Sequence record: MK250021.1
Strand: one strand, 5' to 3'
DNA: 64,000 nucleotides
A program made the position numbers and the translations under genes. The notes under the pieces were generated by a model. That model made no database searches. It saw only the letters and a list, made by a program, of their open reading frames with translations, and was not told the origin of the DNA. Positions 9,658 to 19,650 of the stretch are shown here, in pieces. Each line of letters opens with the position of its first letter. The stretch's first letter is position 1.

Positions 9658-11238
9658 TTAAATAGTTCCATCAAGTAATTTATGAACAGCGTCTTGACGC
9701 GTCTTCCGAATTTCAGCAAGTGTAAACTCTCTTACTAACTTACCATCTTCAAAAACAGTCTTCAATTCATTCTTATCTGATGCTTCCTCTTCAGGCGTTA
9801 CACGATCAACTGGTACATACTTACCATTGTCATCTTTTACAACCATAAGAAGTCCACGATGTGATTTCTTTGGCATACCACATACTGTCTTAGGATCCTT
9901 ATAAATTTCTATAGCTTTACCATCAACTTTACACCATGTAGACTTACAGGCTATGCCCAAAGAATCTCTGGATCGTACATTATAAGTAAAGCTTCCTATA
10001 CCTTCAATAAGGTTAGTTGCTGCAAAACCCTTATCTTCAAGCTGAGAATATGTATCCTTTTGTCGTTTCATATTAATTGAGTCTCCATAAAGAAGTCCAA
10101 TATGTGGATCAAGAATTTTATATCCTTTTTCATTAAATGTTCCACCGAACGTATTCCAAAGGAAATCATAAGAACCCATCTTTACAAATGGATCTTCTGC
10201 TTCTGGATCACCACAAATAATTTTAACAGGATCACCACTATCAGGACGAATTACTACACGTCCATTACGAGACATAATTTGCTCTTTATACTTAGGAACA
10301 ATCTTTGTCAAGAAATACCAATAATCATAACCATCTGCAACAATTGAAATAATACCATCTGGAAATTCATCAAGCATATTCTTAAAATAAACTTCATCAT
10401 TTGGCTTACCTGTTTCATCTGTTGCATTAGAGCACTCAATAGAATGTTCGGTAGCTGGGACAGTTGCTGCTATCAATTCTTTTTTAGGATCTGCATTATA
10501 ATAATACTCAATCATCTTAATTGCTGGAACTGTTTCAGAACCACAAAAAGAAGTAAGATGTGCCATACCAGAAACAATAGATGCTTCAAATGAACTCATT
10601 CCTCTCATAGAGAAATCATGACATAGAAATGCAAGATTAGACATATCGTTAGGATTATAAAAACCAGTTTTCATAGCATGTCTAACAAGTTCACGTTTAA
10701 ATACATCAGCTGTTGTTGCAGAAGTAATTGGAAGCCAAAGGACATTTGAAGTCAAAGACTCCAAATAATTTGTGAGCCAAGCAAAATCAGGATGTGTATT
10801 TGTGATTGTTAAAATAGGGCATCCGATTGGACAATATGAACCTTCAGGAAGTGCCTTAATACGAATAGGAAGATAACCAAGTTTATGCAATGCAATAATA
10901 TGATCAACTCCTACTTTCTTTGCAACTGCTTCTCCTAGAAATGTAGTTGTCAAATCTGTATAAGTTTTTCGTACAGTATCTTCATCAAGATTAAAGAAAT
11001 AATTATTAAATGTATTAATAAGATACTTCTTAATAAAATACTGAATACCAAACACAACTGCTCCCTCTGTAGCTTCCGGAAAATATTTATTACTACGAGG
11101 AGTAAAGTTACTGAAAAGTTGTGTCATTCCCTTAGGGTACATACAGTGATGACCAAGCTTGTAGCCATCTGTCATAAGCATTGCATTAAGAAGTATGTCT
11201 TCTACCAATACATGCTGTGAATCTTTTACGTTTGTCAT
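9658..11238 (-). CDS. nadV: Nicotinamide phosphoribosyltransferase (NAMPT)
   Basis: TDGYKLGH, HDFSMRG, VPATEHS, VIRPDSGDP, YGDSI, GIGSFTY. Confidence 0.93.
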   Translation of the reverse strand: MTNVKDSQHVLVEDILLNAMLMTDGYKLGHHCMYPKGMTQLFSNFTPRSNKYFPEATEGAVVFGIQYFIKKYLINTFNNYFFNLDEDTVRKTYTDLTTTFLGEAVAKKVGVDHIIALHKLGYLPIRIKALPEGSYCPIGCPILTITNTHPDFAWLTNYLESLTSNVLWLPITSATTADVFKRELVRHAMKTGFYNPNDMSNLAFLCHDFSMRGMSSFEASIVSGMAHLTSFCGSETVPAIKMIEYYYNADPKKELIAATVPATEHSIECSNATDETGKPNDEVYFKNMLDEFPDGIISIVADGYDYWYFLTKIVPKYKEQIMSRNGRVVIRPDSGDPVKIICGDPEAEDPFVKMGSYDFLWNTFGGTFNEKGYKILDPHIGLLYGDSINMKRQKDTYSQLEDKGFAATNLIEGIGSFTYNVRSRDSLGIACKSTWCKVDGKAIEIYKDPKTVCGMPKKSHRGLLMVVKDDNGKYVPVDRVTPEEEASDKNELKTVFEDGKLVREFTLAEIRKTRQDAVHKLLDGTI

Positions 11239-11433
11239 AAAATAATTTGTTTAAATTTTAATTTAATTACAATAATAATTTGTTTGTTTAATTATCTTGC
11301 AATCATTATTTATATATATTATTAAGTAAATTGTTTATAAAATTCATATTAAAAAAATAACATCCTATTTTCACAAACAAGATGTTAATAATTCAAAGAC
11401 ATATTTATTTGAAAATTAAGTTGTGAAATTAAT

Positions 11434-11979
11434 TTATGCAGCCTGTCGAACTTCCCAATCAATAATATCAACAACATACTTTTCCTTGTTGATAGAAATT
11501 GACTTAATATTCTTAAGTGAAAGTGTTCTATACTCAATAACAGAAGTACTTGCCTTTTTCTTTGGCATGAATCTCTTCATATACACTTCATCTTCTGCAG
11601 AAATCTTCTCACCATTAAGAATAATATTATTCTTTGAATAATTATTAGGAATGTAAATCAAACATACATTACCTGTACTAATATATTGCATAACAACATT
11701 CTTTACAAGATGACGGCGATTTGTATCTGTTGCCTTATAATCCTCACCAAGAATCTTACTCATTGTCTTTTCATAATCCTGTCCAAAATGGAAAGTAACT
11801 GAGAAATCTGTGCGTGGTTGAAATCCATCCTTAATATGTTCCTTAGGAAGACCATCTGTATTAAACTTATTCAACTTAATATCAGACTCACCATATACAG
11901 TGACATACTTACCGTTGCACTTTGCGTTAGACATAAGCTCGATAAACTCATCTACTGTTGTAATAATATTGTTGTTCAT
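11434..11979 (-). CDS. Hypothetical early protein
   Basis: Follows TATCTTTG promoter at 12027. Confidence 0.7.
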   Translation of the reverse strand: MNNNIITTVDEFIELMSNAKCNGKYVTVYGESDIKLNKFNTDGLPKEHIKDGFQPRTDFSVTFHFGQDYEKTMSKILGEDYKATDTNRRHLVKNVVMQYISTGNVCLIYIPNNYSKNNIILNGEKISAEDEVYMKRFMPKKKASTSVIEYRTLSLKNIKSISINKEKYVVDIIDWEVRQAA

Positions 11980-12215
11980 ATTCTTTATATTTTTAATTGT
12001 TCAACTTAATTGTTTTATTAACAATACAAAGATACATGTTTTATTTCAAATAAAAAAATATTAGAAGAAAAAATTAAATATTTTCTCTTAAAAATTTATC
12101 GATAAGTTTTTTAACACTATTACATTTATATTGTGTTTCTACATAACTACCTGTCCAATCAGTATGAACATGAAAATTCTCAAGAAACCAGTTTGCAATC
12201 TTTTCTTTATCCATA

Positions 12216-13357
12216 TCAATAATCTTCTGCATCTCGTGAAACTCTCATATTCTTTAAATCATTAATGAGTTTTTCACACTCTTTTAACAATACATATATA
12301 GTAGAAATAATTATCACTATAATAAATAATAATATTCCTAATGCTATATAAAACCCTGAATCTTCATAATTAGAAATAAACTTAAAACATGTAATTATAT
12401 ATGTAAAAGTAAATGGTATTACTAAACATAAAATCCAATTTATTATATGTCTCCATACATGTTTCTCTATATATTCGTTTCTCTCTTTATGTGATTTAAA
12501 CCATTTATTTTCCATATTTCCTATTTCTTTTTTACATCATCAATAGTTAGAATACGTCTCTTTTTAATATAAAATTTCTTTATAGATGGAGATTCCTGTA
12601 TTTCTTCAAATAATGAACATGGACTAAACCAATTATGTACAGTCTTAGCATATTCCATTGCTGTCTCTTCTGAATCGCAAACTGCAGATAATTCACGATT
12701 ATATTCGTCACATGTACGATAAACTTCTACAACTTCTTTCATAATTATATGTAATTTAAAATTAATTATTCAAATGTATATCATTAATACATAAAGGGAT
12801 AAAAATATAAAATATATTTTCTATATATAATGATAAAATCAAATTCCATAAATTATCTATAGTTAACATATTATAATACCAAAATCCCAATATAGTTAGT
12901 ACGCTACCTATGATAGAACATAAAATAGTAAATTTATATATTTGTTTCATTCTTTAATTTTTCTACCTAAAATATTTTTTAACATCCATACCAACATATT
13001 AAATGCAACCAATAATTTATTTTCTGTATCATCAGTCTCTTCTGAATGAACTATATTATCACCTTTCATATTTTCAAGTTTCACCGAATAACTATCAATA
13101 ACCATATAATATTCTGTACTCATAGTCAAATCTTCAATACGACGGTATAAATCTTGAAGAGTATATGTATAATAACCTAATTTATACTTAACTAATTGTT
13201 CACAATAATCTTTGTGCATATTTACATTATATTGATTTTTACCAATATAAATTAATGAAGCATCTGAAATATCAAGTCCAAGCTTCACCAATATATCCAT
13301 ATTATCTTTTGATAATGTAATTGTATTCTCTTTCATATATATAATTTTTATTAACAA
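12216..13357 (-). CDS. Early operon of four small hypothetical/membrane proteins (13357-12947, 12950-12762, 12742-12521, 12515-12216)
   Basis: Tightly packed co-oriented ORFs after promoter 13360; two carry TM helices. Confidence 0.65.
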
Positions 13358-13450
13358 TACAAAGATACATATTTTATTTTAAATAAAAAAGAGATATAAC
13401 AAAATAATCTGTTATACCTCTTATAAAATATATCTTAAAATAATAAAAAA

Positions 13451-14464
13451 TTACATAATATATTGTAAAAGCATCTATGTTTCCTCATCAGCTTTTAATT
13501 TTGGATATGCAGCTCTAAGTATCTGTAATACACGTGTTTCTGTCATTCCATGTTCTTCTGCAACTTGCCATGTATTCTTTTCACCACGTCCATTAATACC
13601 ATAGCAATCACATACAATTTCACCATCTCTTTCACCAAGAACTCTCTTTACATTATCTTCAAGTTCTCTTTCAAGATCAGCGTTATTAAGATTACTATCA
13701 GGGTCTTTAAATGTCCTATTAGCTGTTACATCACCTAATGTTGTTTTAGAATCATCATCATCCCCGTATGATTTATCCAAACTATTTGCACGTGTATTTG
13801 CTTCCATTGTTTGTGCAAATGTTTCATATTTCAAATCTGGATGTTTCTTTACGAGAACATTATAAATATCATCAATATCAGGTTCATAACCATTCTTATT
13901 ATATAATTGATCCTTGATACGAGCGGCTTCACGAGCAATACTACCCATATTACGGGGAACTGCCATATGTCCACCTACCTCATCAACAGCAGTCATAATT
14001 TCTCTACGAATATACCAAATAGCATAAGAAACAAAACGTACATCTTTACCTGGCAAACTTGGATCATATGTATCTGCTGCTTGCATAAGTCCTATATTTC
14101 CATATTGAATCATATCTTCCTTTGGTATATTAATATTTTTATACTTATTGACAACAGAAATAACAAATGGAAGATTTGCGGACACCAACTTATTCTTTGC
14201 CTTTTCAATTTCTCTCTTATTATCAGAATGTTGAATAATATCAGCAAGTTTCACTTCATCTGCATGTGATAATTGTTTTTTCTTATTAATAGCATGTAAA
14301 TATGCAATAGTAGACTTTGCTGTATTTTCATCCTGTGTAATAGCAAAATCATCATGCAAATCCATATGCATTCCATTATTAGCTTCATTGAGTTTCTTTC
14401 TAATAGTCTTAGAAACATTTCTCATGATACTTTCATACAATGTCTTCTTTTCATTTAACTTCAT
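13451..14464 (-). CDS. Sigma-70 family RNA polymerase sigma factor, 337 aa in code 15
   Basis: Region 2 LVSANLPFVISVVNKY...DMIQYGNIGLMQAADTYDP...FVSYAIWYIRREI; region 4 HTH; track stop at 13475 is TAG, next TAA at 13451. Confidence 0.9.
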
Positions 14465-14558
14465 ATCTTGATAAAAATTATTTCAATATTTTAAATATTT
14501 ATCTTAAAATAAAAATAGAGAATAGTTATCGCAACTACTCTCTATTTATAATTATCTA

Positions 14559-15116
14559 TTATTCTATATTTAATATTTGTTTAATCTTTACTATGTCATC
14601 CTGTGTTATACCTGAATAACTATCTATTTTTATAAAGTTATCCTGTTGATATGTCATCATATCATCATCGTCATCTACTATACAATAATCTATTCTTAAT
14701 TCATCATCTTTAAATTTAAAATAATCTTCATCATAAAATTGTTTATAGTTTCGCACATTTGTATTTCCGCTATACATAAGGAAATAATGAATTTCATTTC
14801 CTCTTATTGAGTGTTCATCATGATATTTTGGTGTTATACCTACTATATATTTAATTAAACATTTCAAATCTTTATACTTATCAAACGCATATTTTGTTGC
14901 TTCTAATGAAATCTCTCTCCATGACGATGATATAACTAATCTTACATTATAATTCTCACATAATTGTTCTATAAGTTTTACTGCATTTTTGTCTACAAAA
15001 TGATCACCATTTTCTTCATTTATATATTTCTTTCCTTCCTTTGTAAAACACCAATTCGCATATTGTTCAGAATTCAAAACACCGTCTATGTCTAAAAATA
15101 ATATTTTTATATTCAT
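14559..15116 (-). CDS. HAD-family phosphatase (HAD_SAK_2-like, RNA-repair associated)
   Basis: ILFLDIDGVLNS, RLVISSSWR, CIVDDDDDM, FIKIDSYSGIT. Confidence 0.75.
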   Translation of the reverse strand: MNIKILFLDIDGVLNSEQYANWCFTKEGKKYINEENGDHFVDKNAVKLIEQLCENYNVRLVISSSWREISLEATKYAFDKYKDLKCLIKYIVGITPKYHDEHSIRGNEIHYFLMYSGNTNVRNYKQFYDEDYFKFKDDELRIDYCIVDDDDDMMTYQQDNFIKIDSYSGITQDDIVKIKQILNIE

Positions 15117-15119
15117 TTA

Positions 15120-16180
15120 TTAATCTTCATCAAAATTATCATATATTGAAATCTTATTCTTCCTACGTTCTTTCTTAGGTTCTATACAAGGAAAACAATA
15201 CTCTCCTACATGCTTTATATATCTTTCATTCGTATATGTTGGTTCACCTTTAAAATTAAAATTCCGTTGTTCACCATATGCAATATGTTTCTTTTTCTTC
15301 CATTTAACAACTTTATCTTTCTGTACTTCTATATCTTGTAAATCCTTATGTTTATTCTTTACTTTAAATTTTTTATCACATTCTACTACAAAACTAGATG
15401 AACCCTTATTTACTTTATGTGTTTGATGATAACTTCTTGACATAATATAAATTTTTTATTTATAATCTTTCTATATTTATAACTTTATCTGCTAATAATG
15501 GTTTTAATGTTTTATTAAACGTGTTTTCACTTATAGAAATTTTTTTATATCTTAATTTATATTCTCGTGTATTACTTTCAAAAGGATTATTTACTTCATA
15601 TTTTAATTCAGAAGCAAAATATATTGTATAATATATATTTGGTCTAACAGAATCATATGTTCTACTTATATTCTTTTCTATATATACAATGGATTTAATA
15701 GGTAAAATTATATTACTACATTTTATATATTCTATATTATTTCCTTTACTATGATTTTTAAATTTTATCATTTTACTAAATATATCTTAAATCATCTGCA
15801 TAATCGCACATATCTAAAAATTCATTTTGAAGTTCACTATCTATAATAGTAAATGCTCTGACTTCATCATATGATTTCTTGTCTGGAATAACATCACACC
15901 AATCTGCATCCACATCATATACTTTATGCGTCGCTGTAGACATAACACGAATCATTGTTTTTTCTTTATATTCTTGTGTATATCCTAACGGTCCATATTC
16001 GTTAACTAATACTGTTTTCTTAAATGGCTTCATAATACATACAAGTCTTGTATTCATTTCATCTTTCTCACATGAATACATTCCTGGTATAAGCAATACT
16101 CTTTTACCTGTTGTTACATTTATATTATATTCACAGTTACTTCTGAGAAATATCAAATCACCAATATTAAAGCACATCAT
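15120..16180 (-). CDS. Three early hypothetical proteins (16180-15776, 15771-15460, 15443-15120)
   Basis: Operon after promoter 16228. Confidence 0.6.
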
Positions 16181-16418
16181 AATTCTTTATATTTTTAATT
16201 GTTTATATTCTTATTTTATTAACAATACAAAGATACACATTATTTTTGATATAAAAAAGAAAACATAAAGAAATATCAATTTTTATAGTAAAAACAATTA
16301 AAATTCTATAGAAATCTTATTAAATTTTATAATATTTTTTAAACAAGTATAGATAAGAAAAGTCTACCATGACTTACATCATAATAGACTTATAGTACAT
16401 CTTTAAAAATAATATCTG

Positions 16419-16514
16419 TGGATATAGATGGACTCGAACCACCATGTATCTGCCCTAGAATTATGATACAAACTAACATCATATTAGTCGCGTTTACCAT
16501 TTCGCCATATATCC
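16419..16514 (-). tRNA. Atypical class II tRNA-like gene (Leu-type body, apparent anticodon UGA)
   Basis: GGATATA/TATATCC acceptor, GCG/CGC D-stem with GG, ACTAA/TTAGT stem, loop TATGATG, long variable arm TGTATC/GATACA, T-loop TTCGAGT. Confidence 0.65.
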
Positions 16515-16520
16515 ATATAG

Positions 16521-16593
16521 CAGGCCTGATGAGATTCGAACTCACAACAACATGATTAAAATTCGTGTGCTCTACCAATTGAGCTACAGGCCC
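16521..16593 (-). tRNA. tRNA-Lys(UUU)
   Basis: GGGCCTG/CAGGCCT acceptor, GCTC/GAGC D-stem, loop ATTTTAA, T-loop TTCGAAT; one C-A mismatch in the anticodon stem. Confidence 0.9.
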
Positions 16594-16599
16594 AAAGTT

Positions 16600-16915
16600 C
16601 TATTTTAAATTTCCACGCAATAGAACTCCGAAGATTTGTAGATCTGTGTTCATGGTACTTAATCTAATGCTTGTTTTTAATACTGACGTGTTAACCTCTT
16701 CACCAAATCCCCGATTAAATAATATGTAATAGAGGGGATTCATGGGTTCGAACCATGGATAATCAGTAAAATCATGATATATCACGAATGACACCATGAC
16801 AATCTACGTTAACTGTAATACTAAAGCTCTTGACTCAATGCTAACGCTAAAATCTAGGATTCTGTTTATGCTAAATGTAATCAAGCTAATGCTTTAGTCA
16901 ATTTACATATGTTAT
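16600..16915 (-). ncRNA. Circularly permuted tRNA-like RNA (3' half 16767-16733 precedes 5' half 16712-16682) with extended flanking helices
   Basis: 3' half ACTGA-TTATC-CATGG-TTCGAAC-CCATG-AATCCCC-T; 20-nt spacer; 5' half GGGGATT-TG-GTGAAGAGGTTAACAC-G-TCAGT; all four stems pair with canonical lengths. Confidence 0.75.
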
Positions 16916-16967
16916 ATATGATATTATATTCAAAGTCTATTATTCATATCAAAAATATTTTTAAGAA

Positions 16968-16974
16968 ATAAATA
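16968..16974 (+). promoter_or_regulatory. T4-late-like promoter ATAAATA, representative copy
   Basis: About 25-50 nt upstream of virion/late-type genes: 14496, 20938, 22906, 24559, 25574, 27871, 48252, 51974 (minus); 16968, 36891, 55195, 63493 (plus). Short AT-rich motif, so some chance hits are expected. Confidence 0.6.
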
Positions 16975-17009
16975 TCATAAATGAATCGATAACATTTATT
17001 ATATAATAT

Positions 17010-18224
17010 ATGAATAAGAATTATAACAAACTATATGAAGAAATGATGTCAGATATTTCAGTTATCGTTAAAAAGAAAATAAATGAAGCATATGACAATC
17101 AGCTTCTCGAAGAATATGGTGCAAAGGATATGTTTAATGATATTATGAAAGAAGCATCAAAAGAAGGTAAAATCTTTTATAAGCATCTTAAATAGTTTAT
17201 AATTTATATCATCAAAAAATTACAAGAGACAGATCAATATAAGAAAGCTGAAAAACTTATGAATGCGTATGTTCAGAAAGTACAGAAATATATTGATGAA
17301 CATAAGAAGATTACTCCGAGACGTATGTTGAAAATTACTGTTGCTGTATTGACAATGTATGGTGGCGTTTCAATGATACAAGATTGTAAATAGATGATTA
17401 AATCTTTATAGGGTAATGTTGAAACTTATGAATAGAAAGTAGAAAATGTACCGGATGAAAAGCAACAAGAAGTAATAGTAGAAGAACCTGAAGATTTTGT
17501 TGTTGAAGTTAAAGATGAAGCAAAAGAAGAATTAAGTGTCAAGAAAGTATCTACTGAAGATATTAATAATACACCTGAAAAGAAATTTAAAGAAGACAAA
17601 AATTTCAATTTTAAGTCAAGTAATGAGGCTCGCGAATTTATTAAACATCATGAGTTATGTTTACTTTACCCTTATTACGCAAAACCCGAAGAGGAAGCAA
17701 AAGGAATGGTAACTATTGGTTATGGTCATGTTGTATTGGAATCAGATGGTGAATTATACAAGAAAGTATAGCAATTAAAAAAGAAAGGCTTAATTAAACA
17801 ATCATTTGTTACAAAAAATGGTAAAACTATTTTAAACCCTAATCATTGTAAAACCATTATAACAAAGACTGACGCAGATAAATTATTTTAGAAAGATATT
17901 AAGATTGCTGAATAGCGTGCATATAGAACTATACAAAATATGCCTACTGATGATGATAATGTTAAATATTATATGTTATATAATCAAAAAATAAGAGATG
18001 GTTTAACATCATTATGTTATAATGCTGGATAGCTTAAACATGAAAAATATACATTCATAACAAAAGGTCTTGCAAAATCTAGATATGATTATCAAGCATA
18101 GAAAATAAATGCAGGTGATTATAATGTATCCTTTAAATATTTCAAGAATATTAAAGATAATCCTAACAGAAGAAATGAGGAATATAAGTTATTCTTTATG
18201 AACGCAAATAAGTCTATGTCATAA
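17010..18224 (+). CDS. GH24 phage lysozyme with N-terminal extension, 404 aa in code 15
   Basis: Nine in-frame TAG; FIKHHELCLLYPY...GMVTIGYGH...GLTSLCYNAG...RRNEEYKLF. Confidence 0.8.
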
Positions 18225-18249
18225 TAAAAAATAAATTTTAATTAAATAT

Positions 18250-19602
18250 ATGAAAAAATTATTTGAAGCAAAATAGAAGCCATTAGTTGTTTATAATCCT
18301 GCTGATATTTTCATGAAATATAATATGAAACCTGGTGATTATGTTTCAATTGCATATGTATCAGATACATTATAGGGAGAAGGTGCTAACCCACTTGTAT
18401 CAAAACGTGGTTCAAAAAAGCAATGTTATAATATAAATTCAGAAACGGACGCATAGTTATAGCAATATATTAATGCTATGCCTAATAATAGAATTAAATA
18501 GTTATTAACAGAATTTAGGGAATCTACTAAATATCAAAGCTTTTTAAATGGCACTGCAAAGACAAAAACATGTATGCTTGATTTAACAACAGAACATATA
18601 CTTAAGATTAGTCATTTAACATGTAACTGGAAAGATTCTAAAGCATTAGCAAAATTTTATAAAAAATAGAATGATGCTGAATTAAATCTCCGTAGAGAAT
18701 TTGGTTTTGAAGACGGTTATGATAATAATTATGAACGTTTTTATAATCGTAAAGATGATAAACCGGTACCATTGGATGATAGAACACCAGAAGAAAAAGA
18801 AAACGATAAAAATTGGAGAGATTCTTATAATGGTAGAAATGTAATGCCTCGTATCAAGAAAAATGGTAATGAATATAATATTGCAACTATTATTCCAGGA
18901 ATTTATGCAAATTTAAATAAACCTGGTAATATTGCATTACGTTTTGCATATAACAGTCGTTCAAGTCATACAGATTCCGATTATTATTATGTAAATGGAG
19001 ATGGTACATTATTTAAGCTTGATATGGCATTTATTACATTCTTAACATATGCATATAAAAAGAATGCTATGTCTTCTGATAATACCGAAGAAAAGTCATA
19101 TGTGTCAGATGAAGAAAAAGAATTTGTTTTAAGATTAAAGCAACTAGTAAAAGATGCACCTAGTACTGCTGAAATGACACTTAAAACAGATAGCATATTA
19201 TTTATGAAATCTACTGCACGTACGTCAAAAAATGCAAAGGTATCAGAAAATGTACCATTTGTTTGGATTAATACTAATGCTGTTGTAAATAAGTATGATT
19301 TTGTAAATCCTTCTGATTTAAATAATGTTATTAAAAATCTTGTTTATTCTATAGATGATACTAATGTTAATGCGACAATTGAAAATATAAATGTTAAAGG
19401 CAAATCTATTTCAGATTTAGTTTCAACAACTGATGGTAAAGTAACTGCAGATCCGACAGAAGTAAGAAAGAGATTAGGTATTGCAGAAGCATTAAGATGT
19501 ATTGCATATAAATATACAATAGAGAAGAAAAAGAAAGCACTTTATGAATCAATAATGAGTAAAGTTGCAAAAACTATTAAAAGAAAGTTACAATTAATTT
19601 AA
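18250..19602 (+). CDS. Hypothetical late protein, 450 aa in code 15, C-terminal LYESIM motif
   Basis: ATG 18250 is in frame with track ORF 18772 through TAG codons. Confidence 0.7.
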
Positions 19603-19650
19603 AATAATAAAAGAGATAGAATAACCAAAATTCTATCTCTTTTTTATATA

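Noticed and set aside
16454-16460. TTCTAGG in the variable arm as an amber-suppressor anticodon loop
   Set aside because: It is not in the anticodon position and has no flanking 5-bp stem or A37
16390-16797. Track ORFs 16390-16578 and 16600-16797
   Set aside because: They coincide with tRNA and permuted-RNA structures and have no protein motifs
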